Assembly: GCA_900088475.1 (NCBI GenBank)
Contig: FLMG01004416.1
Location: forward strand, 1 to 57,223
DNA length: 57,223 nucleotides
Reading direction: 5' to 3'
Origin: Hyphochytrium catenoides
Lineage: Eukaryota > Protista > Hyphochytriomycota
Below are positions 1-11,727 of this stretch, piece after piece. The notes under the pieces were generated by a model that saw only the letters and a program-made list of their open reading frames with translations, had not been told where the DNA came from and ran no database searches. How positions within the stretch are numbered: the stretch's first letter is position 1; every line of letters begins with the position of its first letter. Made by a program: the position numbers and the translations under genes.

Positions 1-3000
1 AGGCCTGAGCAGCTGCCATGCTACTCTCCGCATCGTCCTCACCAGCCGCTACAAACTGTCTGAAGGCTTCACAGAGCTTCTCGATAAGCTGAATCGCAAA
101 CGGTGCTATGTTCTCTCCGAAGTGATCGATGATAGTATCCAACGCCAGGACGACTTCCTCGTTGCCAATCTACAGGTAGGGCATTGCCGATGTGAGGAAA
201 AGAGGTTAGGTGCCCCATAACGCTTGCAATTTTCAGATGTCCTAAAGTCCTATTACTGACGCAAGTGAACGGAACCATGTGGAAGAGTAACAACCGGCCT
301 TTCTGACAGAAAGTCGAGGTCAATAAGAGTGAGTGACTGGACAAGAACGGTCCCAGTAGTGCATTGTTAGTAAGAAGAAGCCTTATTCATTCCTGTCTAT
401 CAGAATATCGCCGAGTAGATCAATCGAGCACAAAATGATGGGAAGCATTCAGCTGTATAGTGAGAACAAACCCAATTTACCTCGTCCATTAGCCGGAAGT
501 AGTGCTCCAAGACCTGCGGGAGGACTGGACCGATAACCTAAACAGAAAACAATGTAAACACTCTTCAGGTTTTGACGTGATGGGAGCCCCCTCCGCACTA
601 CCATCTCCTCTCTCCTTAGCCTCTATTCTAAGCCCTTACCTCCAATACAGGCTCTGGATCCTCTCTGCCTACAAGGAACCGCACTGTCTTTGCTGCCTGT
701 ATTTGTACTGGTAGGTCTGGGTCGCCCAGGCACTGAAAGAGCGCAAGTTAGGTTCAACCGAAGGCGATAATCGTCAGGAGGAAAGAGGAGGAGCTGTGAG
801 CAATCGAACGATAGAAAGTCGCAACCTTTAGGTGCCATGAGGAGGGAGAGGGGCAGAAAAGAAGCAAGCAAAAGTCAGCTGCTGAGCAGCTTTCTTTGGT
901 TGTCAGGCTGCCGGTAAAGGAAATTGAAGACAGTATGGAGAGAACCCGAAGTCAACCAAAAGAAGAGCCCATCTGGATCACGAGATAAGATAGGACCCCT
1001 CTTCACCCCTCTTCTCACCTGCAAGACCTTCCGTGTAATGACCCTCAGATGCTCCGGGTTAGAGTAGTTGACTGTGGAGAAGTGACGGAACATCCACATT
1101 GCTCTGGAACGCATAAATCCATGAGGGTTGTCAAACTCTGGCACCACGTTTTGCATGATCATCGGCTCGATGCTAGGCCGGTAGATCTTGCTTTTCTGGA
1201 GGATGTCAGCGAGATATCCAATACCGCAGAGTGCAGCATCTTTGTCGATAAAGTCCCTCTTCTCCACGGGAAGGGAGTTATATGTCTGCATGATGCCGTT
1301 GTAAAAGCTGCACAGAGAGAAGAGGCTCAGTTGCGGATAAACTAAGCATTGACGAGTGGAACCTTCCGGTCAGGATAGTGAGAAAAGAGGGAGAAAACGG
1401 ACTGAGGAGAGACAGAGAGAGGGTGGACGGTATAGTTGGTTAGATAAGGGCAGAAGTAGAGGCAGAAGGAGTATAAAAGTTCTCGCCCCACTATCGTCCG
1501 CTGCGTAATATAGCCACGTACGTCAGCAGCTTTGGGACTACGGTCTTCTTCCTGATCCTGGCAAGATGCTCAACGAGCGCGATGGCAGCGTTGGTGGGGT
1601 CAAAGAAATCTTCGATAAAGTCGTTCGCCTTCCTTAAAAATTCGTGTGGGTCGTCCTGCCATAGCTGTAGGTCCTCCTCTTTCATACGAATAACACCATG
1701 AATGACCTGGACAGGAAAGGAGCAGTTAGTGTACATAGCCAAAGAGCCAAAAAGGGACAAAAAAGCTGGACATGGGCGGGGACACGCCAAAGAACAAACA
1801 TCCAGAGAGAGGAAGCACAGTGGAACTACGAATACGTGTTGAAGAAGGAGTGAAAGATGGCCCTTGGTGCCCTACATTAAAGAGCAGGAAGTCCATATGG
1901 GGCTTGATGAGCTTGTAGGTGGCGCCTAGCTCTACCGCAGGTCCCATAAAGTTGAGAGAGAGCTGGACAACTCTGTCAGTGCAGAATTGCCCTCTAGGCC
2001 TAAGAGCGAGCAGCTCCATCACGGTCTGAAGTACAGGGATCACCAGAGAGTCACACCACACTTTACGAATAGGGTCTAGTCCTGCGACTAAAAGGTCAAG
2101 AAAGAGTAAAGCAAAGCAGACGTTAGTACTGGCTGGATAAGGAGCGATCGGCCTGATGATTAACTGTAGAGTGAAGCTTCAGAAAGTGGATCCAGCCGCT
2201 ATATGTGATTATCTGACGTCCTCGGATCACTTGAGTGTCAACCAGAATGACGACGGAAGGTAATTTCACGAGCTAGAAGCCGCAGAAAAAAGTGTGCAGT
2301 GCTAATGATAGTGGGAAGATGTCATTTTGGACTTCCCCTTAAGAGAGTTAAGAGAGCAAGTGCACGAGGTAGAAGGAAGTCCACAATCTTCCGCCATTTA
2401 GAGGCCGCAGAGCTTACCGTCGTCGTCTACTACTGTAAGATGACTTTGTCCCCACTGCTGGAAAAAGCGTACAAAGACCTGAAGAATCCATTTCTTCGCT
2501 TTCCACCAGGGCCATCGGTTTCTCTCATCCTTGTCTACAGGCTGCCCTAGGGGCTCGACACCCTCAGATGCCTCAGGTAGTCTCTTGGCTAGAAGACGAC
2601 GAAACATCTCCATCCAGGCTACGAACACTGGGGGAGAGCGGAGGTACTGGGGCACAACCAACTGGAAAGAAGACCAGAAGATCTTGAGGATGAAGCGCAT
2701 CATCTGCGCTGCTTCTAGAGAGTTCATTTCCAAGCAAGAGGCGAAGAGTTGTTGAAGCATTGGAAAAGTGCTCTCTACGATGATGTTGATATCATTCCTC
2801 GCCTAATGAGTTGTTAGGATGAAGGCGTTAGGACAAGCAAGAGATAAAGTTTAAGAATAATATAATCATCCTTAGCTCTTTACCCCTTTACGATTGATTG
2901 CATTGCCCTGACCGCTAAGAGCTCTCCCGTATCCTTTCACGTTATGGGCAGCAGAGTGCAAGACGTACCTCTCCTCGAGTGAACTCATATTTTCTTACCA

Positions 3001-4573
3001 ACTTCCGCAAGATCAAGAGGTTCTGAGGAAGTGCGAGATCATTAAGGGCAAGAGAAATTTGGCGGTTGGCGTTATCGCAAGGTAGAGCTCCCCGATAAGA
3101 GTGCCAGAGATAGCAGCCACAGAATGAAGCTAAGAGTATAAGAGGGCAGAGGGGAAGTCAAGTGATATACCGTTTCAAAAGCAAGCAGCATATCATAAGG
3201 ATAACCATGGGACAGGGTGGGACAGGAAGGATGGAGGGCGTGTGATATAGCTACTGACGTTGATCATGCGTACGGAGTCTCCAGACTGAATGTTCTGCAC
3301 AGCAGTAGGAAGCAGCTGCGGCCAAAGCGCCTAAAAGATGAAGAAGCTCTGACTTAGAATCGCCCTCTGTACAATAAGAAAGAAGGGCGGCAGCGACTGG
3401 TAGGAAAGAGAAAGACAAAGATAGTGAACAAAAAAGACAAAGGCAACTTGGAAACCCGACGCCGGAGAGAGCAAGGTTCTAAACAGAGCCTGAGAACCAA
3501 GGCGTCAAAGGGACGACAGTAGAAGACGTGGCATCAACAAGAAAGCGCTGTGGAAACTTAGGCGCCAACAAGCACTTACGGGGTATTCCAACCGTACGAG
3601 AATTGACACGGACTCTGCAATTAGGTCACGAACTGGCTTGTTCTTCTCCTTAGAGAGGGTCTGAAAAAAGAGCAACGTAATGGGCTTAAGTAGTGGACCA
3701 GAATGGCCAGAAGGCGGAGCACTGGCCCAGCACGGATAGGGTCAGACGAGGAGGAGAAAGACATTGAAGGTCAATAAGCTTGCAAAAAGAAAGAAAGGAC
3801 CGCCACAAGCCACAGCGAAAGGATGAAAAAACTGTTTGATAAGTATAAAGACTTTGAGAGCTAGACACAGCAGCCAACGCTGTCAAGAGTGGTCAAAGCT
3901 TTAAGGTGTGCGGACATCATGATGTCAAAGAGGAAGAGACAGATACCTCGATGACATTGTCCTTGAACACAGCCTTATCTGCATCAGATAGTTGCGCTGG
4001 CTTCTCTCCTTCCTTCTCCTCTGAAACGTCCCAGTATTTGGCTACCATATTCTTCATGGAGATCGCAGCTGCCTGCCGCACCTCAAGGAAGACGCTTTCA
4101 GTGTTTACGATCTGTAGAAGAGACACGATTGCTCCTGGCACAGTATGGAGCTGGACAGTGGGTAAGGGTAGAGAAGGTTAGGGGGAGATAGGGTCGCCAA
4201 TGATGGGAGCCAAGAGAGGGTAAAGCTGGACAGTGACAGGCAAGAAAGAAGCAGGAAGGAGGAGGTCCAGAAGGGTGGAATGATTGACTGATCTAATGCA
4301 GGACGATGGACAGTAGTCGCAGAACTTATAGCCACAGACGGAATGACCGGCTAGCAGGCAACGCAGCGCGCCCAGATATCTAAGGAGCCATATAAGGTGG
4401 CAGTGACGACAAAGAAGGCAAGACATAGTCAGGGAGATCAAGTGACCATCGCCAACGAAATGAGCTCAAGAGCCCGCTTTTACCTGGCCAATTGCCGTCT
4501 CAGCCTGCTTTCTAAGGTTCTGATCATTGCTAAAGGTGTGCAGCAGCACGTCGTGCAGCACTTGCGTATCCAT
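1..4573 (-). CDS. IPO7: Importin-7/8-like karyopherin beta (SAD2/Nmd5 family), multi-exon, runs off the window at the 3' end
   Basis: ATG at 4573 gives MDTQVLHDVLLHTFSNDQNLRKQAETAIGQ. Spliced exons give the IBN_N motif VRQAAAISMKN, WPQLLP, LILRKLVRKYEF, RFILKIFWSS, WPWWKAKKW, LWQDDPHEFLRK, GFMRSRAMWM, DPDLPVQIQAA and LMDEIGNEEVV. The introns are GT-AG and the reading frame is preserved. Confidence 0.93.
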
Positions 4574-4811
4574 CTCCCCTTCTCACTCCCTGTCTCCTCC
4601 CTACGCGCTGCCTCAGTGGTACAGATAGAGCAGGCAATATGCGCTGCTATGGCCCAGGATGATGGCAAATTGCCGATAAACTGTGCTCTTGAGAGCTCCA
4701 CTAAGACGCCGCAGTGGAGGGAAAGCATGCCAGAGACCGATAGAGTGCTGAGCGCCAGAGCGAGGGAGCCTCTACTCTTAATTAGAATAGGAGACAGAGC
4801 CAGCTTAATTA

Positions 4812-5027
4812 AGGGAGAAAGGGAGAGACAAGAGAGACGACACATAGGAGGGAGCAAGGGGTGAGAACGAGATATGAGAGAGGCAGAGTGAGAGACAGAG
4901 AGAGAGGCAGAGTGAGAGACAGAGACAGAGAGAGAGAAACACAGACAGACAGAGGGCGAGAGAAAGGGAGAGAGACAGAAACAGAGAGAGAGAGAAAGAG
5001 AAACTGAGATAGAGCCAGACAGAGCGA

Positions 5028-5079
<52 letters not shown>

Positions 5080-5092
5080 AAGAGAGAGAGAG
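4812..5092. repeat. Compound (GA)n/(GACA) microsatellite
   Basis: Visible GA-rich tract with a pure (GA)n core at about 5031-5074. Confidence 0.95.
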
Positions 5093-6446
5093 TGCGAACG
5101 AGCAGCGTTACTGGGAGGCTGGGTTGCTTGACACTCTGGCTCCTCCTCCACTCAACCCCTCCCACCCCAGAATCGGACCATCACCACCGCGAGGAAACAA
5201 ACGCTCGAAGAGACTGAAACCTTCCGCCTATCAGCCGTCTGTACACAGTGATGGGAAGAAAAATAACCTTCACTGCAAAGTATATTTCAGTTACTTTCGG
5301 ATGCTGTATCCCTTCAAAGACAGAAAAGTGCAGCCGCAGCAGCACCAGGACTGCGATTGAAGAAGCTCCTCTATTTATTAGTTTTAGGTGAAGATCCACG
5401 ATCCTCAATAGCTTCTAGAGCTCTAGAGTTAGTAAGCATGTCCCCAGCTTGAGATCAGAGGAAGCCTCAACCGGCCGGGGCTTGTTAATCTGCAGCTAAG
5501 GCTGTCTTGCTGCCGCCGTGGGCCTCCGGTGATCTTCTCTCTTCATGAAGTCTTTAGGCAAAGCCCTTTCGCTGTCCAGGCCAGTTCTCGATGCTTATTA
5601 GCAACAAGGAACTTTTGATGCCATGGGAAGTCAAAGCTCATGCTCCGGCGAGCATCTCTTCACCACGCAATAGGATTTGTGGGCGTAAACTAATCTCTTT
5701 ATATCATTCTTCTGTCTCACCGCTAACGCTCCCTTGACTTTACCTTGCTGCGCTTTCAACCGACGTTCTGTTTCTCTCCTCCTCTCTTGCCACTGTTTGG
5801 CTCCTTCACCAAAGACTGCTCAAGCTGAGTACATCCTTGAAGAAGCGTTTATCCTTGTTTGGAGAGAGCGACCTTTCAGGCAAAGGCACTTGCCCGGAGG
5901 AGATCCTCAGAATCATGATTTACCACCCTAGAGCACCAGGTTGAAGCAAGTAAGGAAACCCAGAAAGAAAGAGAGGAAGGGCAAAGAAGAAAGTAGGTAG
6001 CTGCTGGTGGCAAGCTGTGGATTGTGGGGCATACGGCTGGCTCTACTGGGTGGAAAGCGGTGACAGCATCAGGTCCTCGCTCCTAGAGCCTTAAGAATAG
6101 CGTGCCTTGGGTAAGGGCTTACTCGCACCCTATGTCGTGGCTCAGTCATCCTTCACTACCATCCCACCACAACGGTAAAAAATTGGCTTGGAGGGTGTCT
6201 TCGTTAGCCTTGCCCTCCCTACCTTCCCTCCCTTGCTTGATACTTCTAACAGCACAAGCAGCAGGCAGCTTCCTAGATCCTTCTCACTGACTGCCGCCTC
6301 CGTTGCGCCGCTGCTTGCTGCTGCGGTTCGCCGACTTTTCTCCACGACTGCAGAACTCTTGTCGTTCCTAATTGGAGGTTATTCATGATAACGCTAATCC
6401 AATAGGCGTTATTTAGGGACGCAGTTACTTAATATTCATAACACGT

Positions 6447-6470
6447 GGGTTTTGGGTTTTGGGGTTTTGG
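6447..6470 (+). repeat. Short G3-4T4 telomere-like / G-run motif (GGGTTTTGGGTTTTGGGGTTTTGG)
   Basis: Seen directly about 230 bp upstream of the RING gene ATG, adjacent to a CACGTG hexamer. Confidence 0.6.
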
Positions 6471-6701
6471 CATGTTAATCATCTTCAACCTGAGGTTCTG
6501 AAGCTTCAATCTTCATCCGCAGTCTCAGCTCTTCTGGTCAACTTCTGGGCGGACGTGCCGCCCATCGCTCTCTCCCTCGTAGACGTCAGTGAGAGGTGAG
6601 ATCCAGAGAGTTCTTTCTGGGTGGAGGCGCAGGAAGCTCTCTATCTTCATTTTCCCGTGGCGTTCGGTGGCCAAAGGTAGAAGCGATTGTATAATAAAGA
6701 A

Positions 6702-8320
6702 GATGGGGCAAAGACATTCGTCGATCCCCGAAGAGTCAAGCAGCAGAGTGTTGCAGGCGATGAAGACCTTTCCAGAGTTTGTAGAGCACGTTAAGGAAGC
6801 GAATCGAATGTAATATGCCAATGAGCTACTGACATCTGCAGGCCATGAACTAAGCCGATTTTCACCTATGTATAGCTCGAAGAAACTCCCGGTGCCAAAG
6901 CGGACATACCTACGGTTCACGGTGAATGTTAGACCTGGCGTGCAGGAACTCACAAATGTCTTCTCTTTCTCATGGAAGCTGAACAATAACGTGCGTCTCA
7001 CTCTGATTGGAGATCTTTTTTTGCATGATAGACTCAAGATGCTGGCGATGTGCGTGAACAGGTACTCGTGACCGTCGCTAGAGTTCGGCGGCGGTCGGAC
7101 GGAGAGGGCACTGACAGCTCGCAAGATAGAGGATCGACACCACCTTCTAATCTACCTGAGGAAGTACAGAGCTCAGCGAGTTCTGGGCTAGAGGAGCTGT
7201 CCAATGCTGAGAGACAACTGACCTCTCCGAACAATGCAGATGCGGAGTGGCCCTTTCGCGAGCCTCCAGCTGAGGAAGATGGCAGAGTGATGGGGAATCT
7301 AAAGCTCCTGACTGTAAAGCAGTTCTATTACATTTACTGCTTACTCCGAGGTGAAATGCAAGAGCAGTCAACAGCAACAGCGCTGGCAGTGTGGAGTTCT
7401 TTGGCCTGCTAGTCCCTCATCCTTTTGCCTCCTTTCTGGCTTGTCTTATATTGCCTCTCTCTTTCACTCTTCTCGCTTTGTCTCTCTCTGTCTCTCTCTT
7501 CTTCCCTTTCTCTGTGTCTAGACCTCTCTCGCCTTACTTGTTGCCTCGCTTCTCTCTCTGCTTGATAGTCCAGGTCTACTCTTCAGTCTCCCCTCTCTTA
7601 ATATTTCTACTCTATCACTTTTGTCAGGTTATACTTTCCCTCTGTCTTACCTAACTTTACGGCTCTCGCAGATATCCAGGAATGTGTTGATTACACGGAG
7701 CGTGCCGCTCTTCGATGCTTGCCTCAAGACCCCAAGTACGTAGACACTTCAGACTCAGCGGATTCTTAGCCTTGTGTTGGCGGTCAGGCTCACCTTGTTT
7801 ACCCATCTGGGTATTCTTTATACGTAGAAGCGCCTATCTAAAGGCCGCAGCAAGAAGTGGCGGTGATGCCTCCCGGTCCAACTCGCAAGGAGAGGAAAGT
7901 GGAACCGACAATGAGTGCTATATCTGTATGGATGCGGTCATTGAGGTTGCTCTGCCATGTGCCCATAGCTTTTGCTCCGACTGCTATAGGAGATGGTGAG
8001 TTGAGTTTCTCACCCTTCTAGCTTTTCCCTTCTACACGCTTCTTCTTCGTCTTACTCTCTTTCACGTACACAAGATTGGCCCTGGCTCCTTACGATCTCC
8101 TTGAAGGTTCAGCAGCAGCGACACCTGTCCTGTCTGCAGAGCAACCGTTCGCTCCGAAGGACCTGATGAGACGTGGGAGCTTTCCTTTGAGGAGCTGCGT
8201 GAGATGTACGTCACGGCACGGGATCTCTCAGCCAGAGTTTATGAGTTCGTTGACCGCTCGCATCGGGTCAACAGGAGCCTCACCGTTAAGATCGCCCCTG
8301 ATGGAGGATCGCAGACCTAA
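6702..8320 (+). CDS. RNF141: RNF141-like RING-HC E3 ubiquitin ligase, multi-exon
   Basis: MGQRHS N-terminus (possible myristoylation). KTFPEFVEHVKEANRIS and QFYYIYCLLRDIQ resemble RNF141 N-domain motifs. RING domain CYICMDAVIEVALPCAHSFCSDC...TCPVCR is split by an intron. GT-AG introns keep frame to TAA at 8318-8320. Confidence 0.82.
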
Positions 8321-10587
8321 AGTATACAGTTCGGACAGCGCCTTTCGCTGGCCCAACCGCGCTCGTTCCCTAGGGCACAGAAGTTGTTCTGCGGCTATCA
8401 GCGGACTCCAAGGGCTTCACAAAGTCTGCACACCCTTCACTACGGTGAATTATCCGCCCATTATCCTCGCTTGCCTCGGAGCGCGCTATATCAAACGTCG
8501 TGCGCAAAGCAACCTATTCCAGCACCCTTGGAGGGGAATGAACGCGCTGTTGCTGTTCAAGTCGGGCTTCTGATGCTCCTTTTGCAATGTGATAAAGGAG
8601 CCTGGCCTTCTCTTTTCTTCTACTGGCACTAGCCACAACCTTTTATTACATTTCTTCCAAGACTCCATTGTCACGTGGGTCCAGCCCTTCCCGCAAGTAC
8701 TCCATAATCTGCATCGCTCGTGCGGTGTAAGTGTTCGCCCACCTTCAACCTTTAGTTCTCTGGCAGTGTCAATCAACTCTAGCCGTACGGAAGTTGGCAA
8801 CTCATATATTTATAGTTAGGGGTCTCGTTAACCTTGCAGACATCAGTAGTGTCTTGTCATCAAGCAGTGACCCCACGAAATCCTCTCTTAGTAGAGTTCT
8901 TGTTAATAAACGACCAGTAAACGACAACAATGTCTGCGTGGCAAGGTTCCCAAGGACGGTGAGTATCCTGGGCCGGGCCGGACATAGAGCCATTTCCCTC
9001 GTCCAAAGCACCCAAGCCGCTGTGAGTTTTAATATTAGAGAGCTTGAGCATGGCTGTGAAGGTACTTCCTGCTTCAGAAGATCTCTATAAATCGAGACAC
9101 ACGCGCACAGCTGGTCCATCGCTAGGGTCCTAGCGAGCAGGAACGGAGCTCTTACAATAAGTTACAACTTGCCAGAACTTCTAGTTCTGCCCGAGCCCGA
9201 AACCACGGCTTGATGAATCTTCTCAGCGGGAAGATAGAGATCGATCTATATCTAAAGAAGCACGGGCTTGGCTTCATCTCAACCTCCTCCAGTTCCGTCA
9301 CCTTCTCATAGTCAAGCGGCCATCCAAGGATCACCTGAGGATATTTCGTCTTAGACTCCATCTTCTTTCTCCATCTCCATCCACATCTTCCATCATCCCT
9401 ATGAAAAACTGTCTAACAGATGCCGTCTCCGTACTAAGAAACTTCCTACTGCCCACTCTCTTCCTCATTCACACTCTCCTTGCTCTGCTCCTGGGGAAGA
9501 TCTGTATCGGCCTCTCACAATCAAAGAAGAGGACCGAAGACAGACCCAGGGCACACTGTGACGTACTTCAAGGAGAAAAGCACTGGGCAAGGTTCAAAAT
9601 CGGCGAACAGTCAGATCCTCGCCCTTCTTCCTTGATCGCTGGTCACTCTCCTTTCAACCACATTCACTCGGCAGCAGGCGTTCAATGGGCCCTCGCTGCT
9701 GAAGGAGAGGAAGGGAAAGAGAGGAAGTGCAGAAAGGGAGAGTGAGCAAGCAGGAGGAGCAAGACGACGAAGGGGATTGTCTTTCCCTTGTACAGGTGTC
9801 CTCAAGGGGCTCTTGCTGTGTTCTCTCCCCTCCTACCTTGATGTTCTCTCTTCATCCTGCTCTTTCTCCTCTTCGGACCGCAACTTCATCTGTTCCAGCG
9901 CTTTCTTACGTATGTGCGCCTGCTGCAGAGTGATGGTCAGATGTCTTCTCTGCTGTGCGTTAAGTGCAAAACCTTGATGACACTGTACGTACCTCCTTGT
10001 TGTCGCTGCTCCTTCCCGCATCGCCTGTTCATAGCGTTCTGGTTGATCCTTTCCTGCTCGTCGAAAGAGCGCTCTGGATCGTTGCTCCTCTTCCAGGATC
10101 CCAACCAAGAATGGGAACCCTACTCCTACCTCAAGCCCTCCTTCGCTGTAGCCCTAAATGTGAATAGCACTTTCGCTGACAATGCGGTGCCAGGTAACAG
10201 GGCCGGAGCAGCACCGTAGAGGCACATTGGGCTGATTAGTTTATGTATATAATTGACCAGGCAAGGCCTTGCCGACAAGTCTATTTGTGCAGAGCTGCCA
10301 ACAAGATTTGGCATCATTCTTGAATTAGCTGCGTGCTACTCAGGCTCATCTCCAATCTTATCTGCTTTTCATCGTTGCACCAGCCGGGGATCAGCAGTGA
10401 TACTCCGTCAGCGACTTTCAGCGCTCATCCTTAGGGTCTTTCTCCTGCGGCGCTTCTCCCTCAGCTCATCGGTGTCTGTCCTTGCCGTTGTGACCTTGTC
10501 GGACGTCAAGGCAATCACACTTGTTTCGGTCCCGTGATCCTGGCTTCGTTCGGACACCAAGACTAAGTCTCCTTTCTCTACATCAGT

Positions 10588-11592
10588 ATGATACTAGACG
10601 AAGGCCACCGCTCCACAGACGCACTTACCTTGCGGTCAACGTTGAGATCCAATAAAAGGAGGATCGTGGGTGACGACAGCGGTCTCTCGACCAGCCCTTC
10701 CGGCGTGAAACTCTCTCCGTCGCTGAAACGACCCCGTCAAGAACAGCCTGCTAACAGTGCTGTTAGTTCAATCTCTTCTCCTTCATCTGCGATCTCCCCA
10801 CCAGCAGCCCCTTCCTCACCTGCCAAGTCATCTTCATCAGCTGAGACCTATTTGCTCCCTGCGTCAGAGAGCAAGATCGACATCGCTTGCGGCATAAACC
10901 TCACCGACAAATCAGTGATCAAGAAAAATCCAGGGCTTGACCTGGTCTACTTCCGACGGTTCATCAAAGCTCCAATTTCCACTCAGCTCTATACTTGGTG
11001 TCTTCACAATCTGCCCTGGTATCACGTCCAGTACACGGCCCGTGGGATCAAGATCTCAACTCCAAGATATACAACGGTCTTTGGCTCTGTGCCTGGTGCC
11101 GTGACTCGAAGATCGACACGACCTATTCCTCCTCTCTTGCAAGTGCTTCGCGAGCAGGTTGAGCTTGCCACAGGAAAGACGTACAACTTCATTCTCCTAA
11201 ACTTTTACCAGGATGGCAAGAATAGCATTAGCTATCATAGCGACGACGAATCTTTCCTCGGGCCGAACCCGACCATTGCCTCTCTAACCCTTGGAGGCAC
11301 TCGCGACTTCTTGATGAGAAATAAGGCTGATCACTCTAAGAGAGAAAAGTTCTTGCTGCAGAACGGCGATCTCATTGTAATGCAAGGCACGACGCAGGCA
11401 CAATGGCATCACGCCATTCCTAAGCGCGCTCAGGCGCCACCACGTATCAACATTACCTTCAGGAAGGCCATCAACGCCGCAGGCTCTGACAACTATTATA
11501 GATACAATGTTGAAGGTGATGACAAGTCTGGGAAGCCGAAGGTCTATCATTATGTTAACGGCAAGATGCAACCAAAAGGGGATAAAGACTAA
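10588..11592 (+). CDS. AlkB-family 2OG-Fe(II) dioxygenase (ALKBH2/3-like, fungal-type), single exon
   Basis: 334-aa ORF with LLNFYQDGKNSISYHSDDE (HxD), IASLTLGGTRDF, GDLIVMQGTTQ..WHHAIPKR (distal His) and RINITFR (2OG-binding Arg). The N-terminus is Ser/Pro-rich and carries KRR/KRPR NLS-like motifs. Confidence 0.93.
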   Translation: MILDEGHRSTDALTLRSTLRSNKRRIVGDDSGLSTSPSGVKLSPSLKRPRQEQPANSAVSSISSPSSAISPPAAPSSPAKSSSSAETYLLPASESKIDIACGINLTDKSVIKKNPGLDLVYFRRFIKAPISTQLYTWCLHNLPWYHVQYTARGIKISTPRYTTVFGSVPGAVTRRSTRPIPPLLQVLREQVELATGKTYNFILLNFYQDGKNSISYHSDDESFLGPNPTIASLTLGGTRDFLMRNKADHSKREKFLLQNGDLIVMQGTTQAQWHHAIPKRAQAPPRINITFRKAINAAGSDNYYRYNVEGDDKSGKPKVYHYVNGKMQPKGDKD

Positions 11593-11727
11593 AGAACAAG
11601 AGAGTATGAGAGGAGATCTTGCGGAATGCGCTTCTTCTCCTATTCCGTCGAGCAGGGGATACCATCGACTGGGATATCTCTGATGTGCCTCTATTTCTTC
11701 CTTAATTGTTAATATAATATTACACCG

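Noticed and set aside
4480-5165. Long ORFs rich in SLSLSL or RERERE (also near 17330-17739 and 27505-27845)
   Set aside because: These are translations of GA/CT microsatellites, not genes.
5260-5360. VQPQQHQDCD resembling the Ulp1 protease Q..DCG motif
   Set aside because: A single short, imperfect match without the catalytic His/Asp context.
6525-7124. 199-aa minus-strand ORF (and similar antisense ORFs such as 24670-25245 and 44196-44717)
   Set aside because: These are antisense shadows of well-supported plus-strand genes with no recognisable motifs.
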